DNA of 63,937 bases, filler included, from Candidatus Woesearchaeota archaeon (GCA_003695265.1; 8 parts of 8 records of this genome joined end to end with filler, not necessarily neighbours in it), one strand, 5' to 3'. Shown: positions 28,897 through 39,801, numbered from the whole stretch's first letter. Made by a program: numbers and translations. Notes: generated from the letters alone by a model not told the origin.

Positions 28897-29595
28897 GGTT
28901 ACATAAACTTATCCGCAGCGCCAACATCATGGGACCTTATCTTTGAAGAAGAGGATAAGAGTGAGAATGTTGGTGGGGGGGATACATTTAATGTAACTCT
29001 TGGACTTAACAGCCACACACCAAATAAGGAGCCTACAGTTTCTGATGTTAATGGCGAAGAAGAGACATTTAGAGAGATGGGTGATACAGACAAGTATAGG
29101 AGCTTTATGAGATCTGCTCTTGCAACAGAGCTTATCTGGGATAAGAGCTCCTCTGACCAGTACACCTTTAAGGCAATCTACCATGGAAGCGAGGTTGGTG
29201 CCGGCGTATATATTGCCGCTCCAAGTCTTGGTCTTTCCAGCGGAGAAGAAACTGGAATTATCTCCGTAAAAGACACAGAGAGCGACAAATATGCAGGCAA
29301 AAACCTTGTTGTAATCGGTGGTTCTGCTATCAATAGTGTTGCTGCCGACTTGCTTGGTGGAAATTATCACGGCAAGGAGTTTGAGGCTAAAACAGGTGTT
29401 GGCCCTGGAAAGTTCCTTATCGCTTCATATGATAAAGGCGGTAAGAGAGCGCTTCTTGTAGCCGGTTACACCGGTGATGATACAACAAAGGCTGTCAAAT
29501 ACCTTGTAAACAACCAAGACAAGGTAGATACTTCTGTTGGAAAGAAGTATATTGGCGAAAGCGCAACAGAGGCCAAACTTGTGACTTCCGAATAA
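28897..29595 (+). CDS. S-layer protein C-terminal region, 5' truncated
   Basis: Frame open from the contig start. NLVVIGGSAINSVAA...ALLVAGYTGDDT resembles the archaeal S-layer C-terminal domain. Confidence 0.75.
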   Translation, partial: GYINLSAAPTSWDLIFEEEDKSENVGGGDTFNVTLGLNSHTPNKEPTVSDVNGEEETFREMGDTDKYRSFMRSALATELIWDKSSSDQYTFKAIYHGSEVGAGVYIAAPSLGLSSGEETGIISVKDTESDKYAGKNLVVIGGSAINSVAADLLGGNYHGKEFEAKTGVGPGKFLIASYDKGGKRALLVAGYTGDDTTKAVKYLVNNQDKVDTSVGKKYIGESATEAKLVTSE

Positions 29596-29671
29596 GCCTA
29601 AAACAAAATTTTTTATTTTTTTGTTTTAATTTTTAAGAAATTTTTTTAAATAGGTTTTTCTTTGGCACTTT

Positions 29672-30250
29672 ATGATTCGCAAGATTCAGACACAAAAGGA
29701 AATTGAGAGAGCAAAAAGAAAAAAACAAGTAATTATTGGTGGTATTTTAATTCTGATTATGGTTGTTTCAACTGCAGGCTATGCAATAATAAGCTCAATA
29801 GATGGGCAAAAAAGCAAGGTAGAATTCAATGGGGTTGAATTTGAAAGAAGCAACGGCCTCTGGAAGTTTGAAATAGGGGGGCAAGAATTTTATGTCCAAA
29901 ACCTGCCACAATCTCTTAAAAATGTTTCGGTTAATGGAAGTTTTTCCGTTGCTGATTATATAAACAAGCCACTTTATATCGTCGGCGGGTCTTCTTCTGA
30001 AGTTTCAGAGCTTATCAATTTTTTAGGTAGGTATGTTCTAAGATACCAGGAAGCCTGCCTTTTAGAAGAAAACTGTTCAAAAGATGTTCCTGTTAAAGAC
30101 TGCACGAACAACATTGTAGCTTTTGTCCAATCTAACGTAACAAAGGTTTACAAAAACGAATCTTGTGTTTTCATAGAGGGAGATTTTTTAAAGGGTGTTG
30201 ATGCTTTTATTTATAGAATGCTTGGAGTAGGAGATGGTTCGAAAAAGTAA
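29672..30250 (+). CDS. Membrane-anchored hypothetical protein
   Basis: Basic N-terminus, one TM (IMVVSTAGYA), Cys-containing outer domain. Confidence 0.7.
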   Translation: MIRKIQTQKEIERAKRKKQVIIGGILILIMVVSTAGYAIISSIDGQKSKVEFNGVEFERSNGLWKFEIGGQEFYVQNLPQSLKNVSVNGSFSVADYINKPLYIVGGSSSEVSELINFLGRYVLRYQEACLLEENCSKDVPVKDCTNNIVAFVQSNVTKVYKNESCVFIEGDFLKGVDAFIYRMLGVGDGSKK

Positions 30251-30893
30251 AGGCAGAAAAAGCAAAAGAGAAAGCGAGGACAGAAGGGTTATTATTTTTT
30301 TTGTTGTGGTTCTCATAGTTTTCGCTGCATTTCTCATACCTTACTTTTATCTTGAAGGATTAAAAAGGTTTGATTTTGGTGGAATAAAATGGAAGATTGA
30401 AAAGTATAAGAGTGGAGACATATATCACGGAAGATTTGTTTCCTTAAACCCTCACTTCAACAACACGCATAATCTTTATTTGAGGGTAGACCCACGAAAG
30501 AACAATGTTAAAGTTGAGGGAAATCTTTCAAACTTTCGTTATGGCTCTGCTGTTTCTTTTGACAGAAGGGTTAGCGAATGCAAGGGAGACATTCCTGTAA
30601 CAGTTATTACGCTTGGACAATTTTTGATGTACGGCATTGGAACACTTAAACTTGAAGTTGGATATTTTGACAAAAATTATTCCGTTGAAAAGAATGAAAG
30701 TTTTATTGATTGCAATTATAAAAACAAAAAAAGAACAATCGTTATATTGAAGATGGGAAATGAAAGCAAGGTTTCTGTTTCCCCTGAAAATCCTTCCTGT
30801 TACATAATAGAGGTTAGGGACTGCAAGGATATTGCCCCCATAGAAAAGTTTATGGTTCAGTCAGTCATAGACTTTAAGAGGGAAAACAAATGA
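30234..30893 (+). CDS. Membrane-anchored hypothetical protein, distant paralogue of the upstream gene
   Basis: Same layout; F.G..F/W, DC...I and C..I motifs shared. Confidence 0.68.
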   Translation: MVRKSKGRKSKRESEDRRVIIFFVVVLIVFAAFLIPYFYLEGLKRFDFGGIKWKIEKYKSGDIYHGRFVSLNPHFNNTHNLYLRVDPRKNNVKVEGNLSNFRYGSAVSFDRRVSECKGDIPVTVITLGQFLMYGIGTLKLEVGYFDKNYSVEKNESFIDCNYKNKKRTIVILKMGNESKVSVSPENPSCYIIEVRDCKDIAPIEKFMVQSVIDFKRENK

Positions 30894-31354
30894 ACCTTCT
30901 TCTAATTGGCTTGGTGCTTTCTGCATTGCCTGTTTTTGAGATACGGGGAGGTTTGCCGCTTATTATGGAGTATGCAAAAAGCACAGGCGAGCCTCTTATG
31001 CCCTATTTTCTTCTCGCTGTTTTAATAAATATCTTTGCAATTTTTATTGTCTTCTTCTTCCTTGACAGGCTAAACGAAATATTCATGAAAGTTCCGTGGT
31101 ATCGGCGGATTTTCGGAGTCTTTCTTAAACGCGCGAATAAAAAGGCAAGAAAGCTTGAGAAAAAGATGGGAACTCTTGGTTATCTTGCATTAGCTCTTTT
31201 TGTTTCTGTTCCTCTTCCTGGAACTGGAGCGTGGAGTGGCACCTTTGTTTCGTGGATTCTTAACCTTGACAGAAGAAAAAGCATATTTTTTATTGCTCTT
31301 GGAGTTATTCTTGCTTCCTTTTTTGTTCTTGCGGGAGTAAGCATTATTATTTAG
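30890..31354 (+). CDS. Small multi-drug export family membrane protein (COG2426)
   Basis: LPVFEIRGGLP and LFVSVPLPGTGAWSG motifs. Confidence 0.88.
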   Translation: MNLLLIGLVLSALPVFEIRGGLPLIMEYAKSTGEPLMPYFLLAVLINIFAIFIVFFFLDRLNEIFMKVPWYRRIFGVFLKRANKKARKLEKKMGTLGYLALALFVSVPLPGTGAWSGTFVSWILNLDRRKSIFFIALGVILASFFVLAGVSIII

Positions 31355-31432
31355 ATTTTTTAGGTTAAGAAAGTCTGAATACACTGGAAAGCTTTTTATT
31401 TGGAATATTTTGTAAGACGCAATGTATAAAGC

Positions 31433-31445
31433 CTGTCTCTTATAC
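31433..31445 (+). other. Tn5 mosaic-end / Nextera adapter remnant at contig end (artefact)
   Basis: CTGTCTCTTATAC is the first 13 nt of CTGTCTCTTATACACATCT and abuts the gap. Confidence 0.8.
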
Positions 31446-31545
31446 NNNNNNNNNNNNNNNNNNNNNNNNNNNNNNNNNNNNNNNNNNNNTTAATTAATTA
31501 ANNNNNNNNNNNNNNNNNNNNNNNNNNNNNNNNNNNNNNNNNNNN
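31446..31545. other. Artificial contig spacer
   Basis: N-run with TTAATTAATTAA. Confidence 0.98.
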
Positions 31546-31554
31546 GTGTTTACC

Positions 31555-31571
31555 GTTGACTTAAGGTCAAC
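31555..31571 (+). promoter_or_regulatory. Inverted repeat just upstream of the groES SD
   Basis: GTTGAC-TTAAG-GTCAAC, then AAGAAGGAGG. Confidence 0.4.
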
Positions 31572-31589
31572 AAGAAGGAGGGGATAATA

Positions 31590-31862
31590 ATGAGCATAAA
31601 GCCAATCGGAGAAAGAGTGTTGATAAAACCTTTCAAGCAGGAGGAGAAAACAAAAGGAGGAATTTATATACCTGACTCTGCAAAAGAGGAAAAGAAAGAA
31701 GCGGAAGTCATAGCTGTAGGCTCGTTCAAAGATGGAAAAGAGTTGCCGTTAAAAAAAGGTGATAAAATAATTTATGGAGGCTACAGCTCAGACGAGATTA
31801 CGATTAATGATGAAAAGCACTTAATAATAGATTTTAAGGATGTGCTTGCAAAAATTGAGTGA
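31590..31862 (+). CDS. groES: Co-chaperonin GroES
   Basis: IKPIGERVLIK, EEKTKGGIYIPDSAKE. Confidence 0.96.
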   Translation: MSIKPIGERVLIKPFKQEEKTKGGIYIPDSAKEEKKEAEVIAVGSFKDGKELPLKKGDKIIYGGYSSDEITINDEKHLIIDFKDVLAKIE

Positions 31863-31870
31863 GGTGTTGA

Positions 31871-33487
<1,617 letters not shown>

Positions 33488-33519
33488 GCATTTGTTATAC
33501 ACATTAAAAAAATAAGGAG

Positions 33520-34017
33520 GTGATGAGCATGAGAAGGGTTCGGAGCTTATGGGATGAGATGAGAAGGATTCACGAGCAGATGGATTACTTGTTCAACAAT
33601 TTTTTCAGTGTCGAGCCATTTGTGAGGAATAATTTATTGCTTGATAACATGTCTGAAAACAAGGGCTTAGTAACTAGCAATTACAAGACTCCAGCATCAG
33701 ACATTTATGAGACAGACAAAGAAATAATAGCAGAAATAGACATGCCTGGCGTTGAGAAAAAAGATATTGAGGTTAATGTGAGTGAAGACGGAATTGAGGT
33801 AAAGGCAGAGAAAAAGCACGAAGCTAGTATAGAGGACAAGAAAAAGGGCATGTTCAGGTTTGAAAGGAATTACAGTGGTTTTTATAGGTGTTTCAGCCTC
33901 CCCTCAAATGCTGATCCTAACAAAGCAACTGCAGAATTTAAGAATGGTGTGCTGAAAATAAAGGTTCCTAAGCTTAAAATTGCGCAAAAGAAAAAGAAGC
34001 TGCTCGAGATTAAATAA
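33520..34017 (+). CDS. Small heat-shock protein (Hsp20)
   Basis: Alpha-crystallin domain: DMPGVEKKDI, ERNYSGFYR, AEFKNGVLKIKVPK. Confidence 0.93.
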   Translation: MMSMRRVRSLWDEMRRIHEQMDYLFNNFFSVEPFVRNNLLLDNMSENKGLVTSNYKTPASDIYETDKEIIAEIDMPGVEKKDIEVNVSEDGIEVKAEKKHEASIEDKKKGMFRFERNYSGFYRCFSLPSNADPNKATAEFKNGVLKIKVPKLKIAQKKKKLLEIK

Positions 34018-34051
34018 CTTTAATATTAAAATGTGATCTGAGGTGATACAA

Positions 34052-34159
34052 ATGGAATACAAGCAAGGATACAACCGCAAGCTTGTTGGAAATTTGTATG
34101 ACTTCAGAACAGAAGAGTTCTTTGAAAAAAAGAATGAAGAGGCTGAGATTGAAAACTAG
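34052..34159 (+). CDS. Small acidic protein (35 aa)
   Basis: GAGGTGA SD; MEYKQGYNRKLVGNLYDFRTEEFFEKKNEEAEIEN. Confidence 0.5.
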   Translation: MEYKQGYNRKLVGNLYDFRTEEFFEKKNEEAEIEN

Positions 34160-34177
34160 ATGTAGGAGGTGATGCCC

Positions 34178-34300
34178 ATGCTGTATGAAGACAAGGATGG
34201 GAACCTCATGCATCCAGAAGAAGTTGAGGCCTTATCCCCTTGTGAGATAGAGGAGAGAGGTTTCCATGTCTATGATGAAGATTTGGGAATCTGTTCTTAA
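34178..34300 (+). CDS. Small acidic protein (40 aa)
   Basis: GGAGGTGA SD; MLYEDKDGNLMHPEEVEALSPCEIEERGFHVYDEDLGICS. Confidence 0.6.
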   Translation: MLYEDKDGNLMHPEEVEALSPCEIEERGFHVYDEDLGICS

Positions 34301-34407
34301 TTTGATTGTTTCATTTATTATTTTTTTATAAATTTTGTGAGAAAAAACATATTTTTTAACGTTTTCTCTCCAAAAACTTTATAAAGTACTTGAAATTTCT
34401 TTTTGTC

Positions 34408-34695
34408 ATGAAAAGGATAGGAAGAACAAGAAGGAAGTCAAGGCATAAGCTGAGTAAGAGCGTTCGCGAGCGAGGAAAAATCAGCGTTAATAGGATGATG
34501 CAAAGTTTTGAGGCAGGAAGCAAGGTAAGAGTAAAACTTAATGGATCTTACCAGAAGACTTCCGTGCACGCCAGGTTTCATGGAAAGATTGGCATTGTCA
34601 AAGCAAAAAAAGGAAAGGTTTATGAGGTCAGCATAAAAGATGGTGGGAAAGAAAAAACTTTGTTGTTGCATCCTATTCATCTGATTAAGGGGTAA
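34408..34695 (+). CDS. rpl21e: 50S ribosomal protein L21e
   Basis: RRKSRHKLSK, RFHGKIG, DGGKEKTLLLHPIHL; conserved rpl21e-rpoF-DUF655 order. Confidence 0.94.
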   Translation: MKRIGRTRRKSRHKLSKSVRERGKISVNRMMQSFEAGSKVRVKLNGSYQKTSVHARFHGKIGIVKAKKGKVYEVSIKDGGKEKTLLLHPIHLIKG

Positions 34696-34697
34696 AA

Positions 34698-35042
34698 ATG
34701 CATCCGGAAATAATTGAGATGAAGCCGATAAACATGGTGCAGGTGAAAAGCCATTTAAAGTCCATAAAAAAGCGAGACAAAGAGCTGGATTTCAGAGGGA
34801 ACAAATTAGAAGAGTACGTGAATAAATTTGTGAAGCTAAGCGATAAGGAAGCTGCTGAGCTGTATGAAAAAATCTCAAAGCTTAACATTTCAAGGCTTAA
34901 AGATGAGCATATTCATAAAATAATTGATATTCTGCCAGAAACAGTAGATGATTTAAAAGTCGTGCTTCAAGGATACACGATAACTCTAAAGAAGGATGAC
35001 ATGACATCTATTGTCAATGCTGTTAAAGAGTTCGCAAAATAA
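34698..35042 (+). CDS. rpoF: RNA polymerase subunit F (Rpo4)
   Basis: KIIDILPETVDDLK motif; position between rpl21e and DUF655. Confidence 0.85.
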   Translation: MHPEIIEMKPINMVQVKSHLKSIKKRDKELDFRGNKLEEYVNKFVKLSDKEAAELYEKISKLNISRLKDEHIHKIIDILPETVDDLKVVLQGYTITLKKDDMTSIVNAVKEFAK

Positions 35043-35130
35043 AGTTCTTATTCTCTCTTTAAAAGCATGTTTCGACAGATTTATATAGGAGTATATAGTC
35101 TATTATTAATGTAAATGGGGGTATGAATAA

Positions 35131-35700
35131 ATGGAAGGGATAAGACCTAGAAGTAAAGAGGAATATGTTATCGTGCTAGATTACCTTCCGAATGGGTACC
35201 CTTTTGAGAACAAGCCGGGGCATAGAAAAACGCCTATCGTACAGGCTATTGGAAAGGATTATTTTAGCCTATTAGAACTGGTGCCAAAAAAAGACGTGTT
35301 CTTGCAGCCGTTAGACGAGCTTTACATTGGTGAAGGCAAAAGGGACAAAATTCACCATATAATTGGAAGACTCGACCTTAATAAGCTCACTGGCACTGCA
35401 AAGAATGAGCTTCAATTCGTTATTCAGAACCTTGTTGAAAAGAATGAAAAAAAATTCGTTGATTTTTTTAACAATGCACAGCCTCTCACAACGAGAATGC
35501 ATCAGTTAGAGCTCCTTCCTGGGCTTGGGAAAAGACATATGTGGGAGATAATTGAGGAGCGAAATAAAGAGCCTTTTAAGAGCTTTGATGATTTAAAGAA
35601 AAGGGTAAAGCTACTGCCTGACCCAAAGAAAGCAATAATCAAGCGCATACTCTCAGAAATAAATGGTCTTGAGAAACACAGATTGTTTGTTGACGTTTAA
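35131..35700 (+). CDS. DUF655 family RNA-binding protein
   Basis: VLDYLPNG, FSLLEL, RMHQLELLPGLGK, FKSFDDL. Confidence 0.92.
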   Translation: MEGIRPRSKEEYVIVLDYLPNGYPFENKPGHRKTPIVQAIGKDYFSLLELVPKKDVFLQPLDELYIGEGKRDKIHHIIGRLDLNKLTGTAKNELQFVIQNLVEKNEKKFVDFFNNAQPLTTRMHQLELLPGLGKRHMWEIIEERNKEPFKSFDDLKKRVKLLPDPKKAIIKRILSEINGLEKHRLFVDV

Positions 35701-35710
35701 ATAGGGGGTG

Positions 35711-35860
35711 ATGTTTTTGTTGCAGAAGATAAGGTTTTACAGAGATGATAAACCAAATATTGTGTGGTTTAGGCGCGTGAGGCGTTTCAATGACAAGAGA
35801 GGGAGCATAAGGTTTATATCAGAGAAGAATCTGCGTGACCAGACCGAATTGTATAATTGA
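35711..35860 (+). CDS. Possible small basic protein (49 aa)
   Basis: GGGGTG SD; MFLLQKIRFYRDDKPNIVWFRRVRRF...; no recognisable motif. Confidence 0.3.
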   Translation: MFLLQKIRFYRDDKPNIVWFRRVRRFNDKRGSIRFISEKNLRDQTELYN

Positions 35861-35899
35861 GATCAGGATTAGAGCATAAAAAATAGGAGATTAGAATTA

Positions 35900-36727
35900 T
35901 TAATTTGTTATTGACTTTTTTCTCTCTTCAAGAGTCTGCATTGAATCCCATGTGTTGTCAAACATTATTTGAAGAGCGTTTGCAAAGAAGGGGGTGTTCG
36001 CCCATATCCCTCCATCAGCAGATGATTCTGCTTTTTTATCGTCAGAAAGCATGAAAGCAAGCTCAGTGCCATCAATTATAACAAACCTTGCATTAATTTG
36101 CTCTGTGTGTCTTATCTCTGCATCATCAGCGATTTTTGATATTAATGAGAGGTTTTCTTTTGTGATGGTTGTTGCTATTCTTACCTGGATTCCTCTCTTG
36201 CACAGTTTCTTTATGTTTTTATGCAAGTAATTGATTTTTCTTACAATGCCTTCTGCTGTGGTCATTATTATAACTGACTTCTTCGCGTTGTTCAGCATTA
36301 AGCCAAGCTGGTTGTACATGCTTCTCCTGCTGTTAAAGCTTGCTGCCAGGTCGCTGCTCTCAACCTTGTTGATTCCCTGCTGGTACAGCATGTTTAATTC
36401 TTCCAAAATCTCGCTGCTTCTTATTTCCTCAATAATCTTTGTTTTTATTTCTGCTTCTTTTTGCACTCTTTTCTTTACGCGCTCAATAACCTCTTGAGGA
36501 GGCACAGCAATGTACTTTATTGGCTTGCCTATCTTCATTATGATAAAGCCCTTTTTCTCAAGGCTTTCAAGAACATCATAGCTTCTTGACCTAGGAACAT
36601 TGCTTATGTCAGAAAGCTCTCCTGCGCTGGAAATTCCTTTTGAGAGCAACGCAGTCCATATCTTTGCTTCGTAGCTGTTAAGTCCGAAATCTCTAAGCTT
36701 ATTTATGAATGTTGTGTCGACTATCAT
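35900..36727 (-). CDS. TrmB-family transcriptional regulator
   Basis: FGLNSYEAKIW, VPRSRSYDVLESLEKKGF; PLD-like effector domain. Confidence 0.92.
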   Translation of the reverse strand: MIVDTTFINKLRDFGLNSYEAKIWTALLSKGISSAGELSDISNVPRSRSYDVLESLEKKGFIIMKIGKPIKYIAVPPQEVIERVKKRVQKEAEIKTKIIEEIRSSEILEELNMLYQQGINKVESSDLAASFNSRRSMYNQLGLMLNNAKKSVIIMTTAEGIVRKINYLHKNIKKLCKRGIQVRIATTITKENLSLISKIADDAEIRHTEQINARFVIIDGTELAFMLSDDKKAESSADGGIWANTPFFANALQIMFDNTWDSMQTLEERKKSITN

Positions 36728-36804
36728 TTTATCTCATGAAAAGAAGAACTTATATTTAAAACTTTCCATATATTAACTACTCCAGAGTGAAAATAAAAAA
36801 GGGT

Positions 36805-37377
36805 TTAGTTGGCTTTTCTGCCTTTTGCCCTGTGGCTGGGCCTCATCTTTTCTGCGCCAAGCCCTTTATTATGAAGGCCTCTTGATTTTCTTCCTGCAGA
36901 AGTGAGCCCGCGGAAAGCCCTGCCTTTCTTGTTAGTAATCCATGACAAGTTCTTGTCTGCTTTTATTGCTGGGTGAGTCCTGTCCACGAGAATTACTTCG
37001 TACCATATGTATTTGCCGTCTTTTGCAACAAAGTAGCTGTTAAGAACTTCACAATTCTTGTACTTTCGGCAAGCTCTTTCCTCGCAGATTTGCCTGTAAT
37101 TCTTGGCTATCACCTGTTTTCGGCGCATGTGCTTGCTTCTTCTGCCAGACTTGAACTGTGGTCTCTGCCTTCCTCCGCGAACAACGCGCTGCCTCACAAC
37201 AAAAATGCCCTGTTTTGCCTTATAGCCAAGGGCCCTTGCCCTGTCAATCCTCGTTGGCCTTGAGAGCCTTACTGTAGCAGGCTGCTTCCTCCACTCAATT
37301 AGTCTTTCCCTCCAAACAGAACCAAGGTTTTGTTTTGGTTTCTTCCAAATATCTCCCACATATTTGTACATTCCCAT
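36805..37377 (-). CDS. rpl15e: 50S ribosomal protein L15e
   Basis: RPTRIDRARALGYKAKQG, EVLNSY, RAFRGLTSAGRKSRGL. Confidence 0.97.
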   Translation of the reverse strand: MGMYKYVGDIWKKPKQNLGSVWRERLIEWRKQPATVRLSRPTRIDRARALGYKAKQGIFVVRQRVVRGGRQRPQFKSGRRSKHMRRKQVIAKNYRQICEERACRKYKNCEVLNSYFVAKDGKYIWYEVILVDRTHPAIKADKNLSWITNKKGRAFRGLTSAGRKSRGLHNKGLGAEKMRPSHRAKGRKAN

Positions 37378-37474
37378 TTTCTCACATCCATAAGATTCAG
37401 GCAAAAGCCCACATGTCTTATATCAGCTTGGATTTAGTGAGAGTATTTAAATGTTACTCTTTAAATGTGCTGTT

Positions 37475-37560
37475 AGCTTAATTGTGATAATTCTTGATGT
37501 TGAATGGGTGGTGCGGGTGGGACTAAAAAAATTTATAATTTTTATAATCTCCCAACTCAA
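37475..37560. repeat. Dispersed intergenic element, copy 1
   Basis: 49/56 identical to 39802-39857 over the first block, plus a second block at 19/21 after a variable AT spacer. Confidence 0.85.
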
Positions 37561-37767
37561 CCGAATTTACTTAACCCTTTTGATATGTCTTATCAAGTAA
37601 AGTAAAATGAGCTTTAATCATTAAGGTAATGTGGGCGGAGCAAAGCATTGTAAGCCTTTTTAATTCAACAAAACAAAAATAAACCTCTTGCCAACATGCT
37701 GGATAAATTATTTTTTCGACAAGTTTAAATACTAAAAAAACCAGATTGTGCTTAAAGGGGTGAGTTT

Positions 37768-38073
37768 ATGATAGAGTTGGGCGGAAATATAGAATTGGTC
37801 GGGTTTTCAGAGATTGACGGCGGAAGCATGATAGTTCTTAAGAAGATTGTGGGCAATTACGTGAAAAAGCTGAGCAGCATAGCAGATAACTTCGAAAAAT
37901 TAACATTAACTCTAAAGAAAGTTCATGAGCGTGAAAAGTCAGAGAAGTATGAAATTCACGGCAAATTAATGGATGGTGGAAAAGCGTACACTTCAGAAGT
38001 CACAGACAGAAACCTTTTCTTTGGTGTGAACAAGGCTTTGGAGAAAATAGAGAGCGCTCTGAGCAAAGAATAA
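37768..38073 (+). CDS. Conserved hypothetical protein, possible HPF/RaiA-like fold
   Basis: beta-alpha-beta-beta-beta-alpha pattern ending in NLFFGVNKALEKIE; GGGGTGA SD. Confidence 0.55.
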   Translation: MIELGGNIELVGFSEIDGGSMIVLKKIVGNYVKKLSSIADNFEKLTLTLKKVHEREKSEKYEIHGKLMDGGKAYTSEVTDRNLFFGVNKALEKIESALSKE

Positions 38074-38640
38074 TTATTGAGATTTGGATTCGGGCTTTGA
38101 TTCTTTTTCTGGCTTAGGATTAGCCGCGTTTTTTGCAGGCTCTTTTGTTCCTGAAGCTTTTACTTTATTTTTTTTGATCTCAGTTTTCTGCTCAGAACTG
38201 TTTTGTGCCGGCTTTTCTTCTTTCTCGGAATGGAGCGCTTTTTCCGGCTTGGCTTCCTTCCCAGATTCTTCTTTTTTCTCTGGTGTTTTTTCAGCTGGTT
38301 TCTCCGGCTCTTTTACTGCACCTTCTAATCCTGATTCTTTTTTCTTTTCCTTCTTCTTTTTGTCCTCTTCTTTTTTCTCCTCTATGGGAAAGCCGACCAG
38401 CTCAACCTTGACAACGTTGTCTTCTGTCTTAAGAGCATTAACCTTGACGTGATGAGGTGGGTTCTTAATGCCATGTTTCCAAAGCGCCTCATTAAGGTGT
38501 GGGCCTATTTTTATGTTCTCGGATTTCATATGCCTTCTTAGGAACATTCTGACAGCTGAAACAGCTTTTTTTGCCCTTTTGTACTTAGGGGATTTCTGGA
38601 ATTCTTTTCTGAGTGGTATGTTAAACGTTTTCTCTGCCAT
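38074..38640 (-). CDS. rpl31e: 50S ribosomal protein L31e with long K/E-rich C-terminal tail
   Basis: FNIPLR, RAKKAV, LNEALWKHGIKNPP. Confidence 0.94.
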   Translation of the reverse strand: MAEKTFNIPLRKEFQKSPKYKRAKKAVSAVRMFLRRHMKSENIKIGPHLNEALWKHGIKNPPHHVKVNALKTEDNVVKVELVGFPIEEKKEEDKKKKEKKKESGLEGAVKEPEKPAEKTPEKKEESGKEAKPEKALHSEKEEKPAQNSSEQKTEIKKNKVKASGTKEPAKNAANPKPEKESKPESKSQ

Positions 38641-38642
38641 TT

Positions 38643-38816
38643 TCACGCCTTTGTCTTTGTGCGCTTCCAGCTTCTTTTCACAGCCGTGTGCCTGCCCGGA
38701 TGAACCCTTCTGCCCTGGCCGTTTATTTTTGGCACTATCCAAAACGGAGCCCATCTCGTTTGAGAGTTCTTCTTAGCAAGCCTCTGCTTCTTTGACGGGT
38801 GTTTGTTCCTTGCCAT
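38643..38816 (-). CDS. rpl39e: 50S ribosomal protein L39e (missing from the ORF track)
   Basis: MARNKHPSKKQRLAKKNSQTRWAPFWIVPK...KRSWKRTKTKA; canonical position before rpl31e. Confidence 0.9.
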   Translation of the reverse strand: MARNKHPSKKQRLAKKNSQTRWAPFWIVPKINGQGRRVHPGRHTAVKRSWKRTKTKA

Positions 38817-38820
38817 TTTT

Positions 38821-39147
38821 TTATTTGCGTTTTATTTTGAAGTCGTGCTTTTCCGCGCTCATCTCGCGCAATAGTTCCTTGAATTGCGCGTCATCAATCC
38901 TCGTAATCTTTTTTTGCTCAATCAATTGGCCTAACACGGCCAGTATCAATACTGCTCGCTGAGGGTCAACAGCTTTTATGTTGCTGTACCTCTCAACAGC
39001 CTCTTTTGTTAGTACGCGCTTAACAATCATTTCCAAGGCTCGGATCTGCTGCTCCAGCCTTGCCTGCTCCTCTGCTGCTTCTGATTGCTGCTTTTGCAGC
39101 GCTTCCAACAACCTCTTTTTCTTAAGCTCTTCTAACTCATCACTCAT
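38821..39147 (-). CDS. PDCD5-like DNA-binding protein
   Basis: ELEELKKKRL, LTKEAVERYSNIK, IDDAQFKELL; follows rps19e. Confidence 0.9.
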   Translation of the reverse strand: MSDELEELKKKRLLEALQKQQSEAAEEQARLEQQIRALEMIVKRVLTKEAVERYSNIKAVDPQRAVLILAVLGQLIEQKKITRIDDAQFKELLREMSAEKHDFKIKRK

Positions 39148-39704
39148 TTTTTGGCATTTTCAGCTTTTTTCTCAGCAGGGGAATCTTCTTTTTTGGTTTT
39201 AGCATCTTCTTTTGCCTGCAGCTCTTTCTCAGCAAGTTTTTCCGATGCTTTGAGTTTTGAAGCATTCTTTTTAGGAACTCCGCCTAGCATTTTGCTAGCG
39301 GTTTTCTCAAGCAGTGAAACGCCTTTTGGTGTTATGACTCGGCCTTTATGAACGCCTTTTTCATGCTGCTTTACGAGACCGGCAGCTTCCAACTGCTGAA
39401 GCGCTTTTCTCGCAATGCTTCCTGATCCAGGGTAAGAGTGTTCTGGCTTATGCCCCCTATTTTTCTTACCGCCGTATTTTCTCCTTAGCTTTGAAACACC
39501 TATAGGACCTAGCTTATAAACAGACCTTAGAACAGCAGCACACCTCACGTGCCACCAGTCTTCCCTCGCAGGAGGCCTTTCTTTATGGCGGCCTGTCTTG
39601 ACAAAAATAGACCAGTCAGGAGCTTTTATCTGCTCTAATTTTTTTAGCTCTTCCGCAAGCCTTTCAATAAAATCATTAACTGGAACTTCGTATATGTTTA
39701 CCAT
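39144..39704 (-). CDS. rps19e: 30S ribosomal protein S19e
   Basis: FVKTGRHKERPP, DWWHVRCAAVLR, GSGSIARKALQQLE. Confidence 0.96.
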   Translation of the reverse strand: MVNIYEVPVNDFIERLAEELKKLEQIKAPDWSIFVKTGRHKERPPAREDWWHVRCAAVLRSVYKLGPIGVSKLRRKYGGKKNRGHKPEHSYPGSGSIARKALQQLEAAGLVKQHEKGVHKGRVITPKGVSLLEKTASKMLGGVPKKNASKLKASEKLAEKELQAKEDAKTKKEDSPAEKKAENAKK

Positions 39705-39801
39705 AAGCTTTCCTCTTTGTGGAGAAGCATACTTAGAACCTCTAAACCGAAAGCAAGGAATAACGTCTTATTTAAAAAGTTTTCGAAAAAAAGGCACAGC
39801 C

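Noticed and set aside
31433..31445. Transposon end
   Set aside because: Matches the Tn5 mosaic end used in Nextera libraries and sits exactly at a contig end; an adapter remnant.
36780..36804. ORB-like origin box (CTCCAGAGTGAAAATAAAAAAGGGT)
   Set aside because: Single weak match, no cdc6/orc1 nearby; also explained as the T-rich terminator of rpl15e.
38641..38754. N-terminal extension of L31e given in the ORF track
   Set aside because: This stretch is the rpl39e gene in another frame; L31e starts at 38640.
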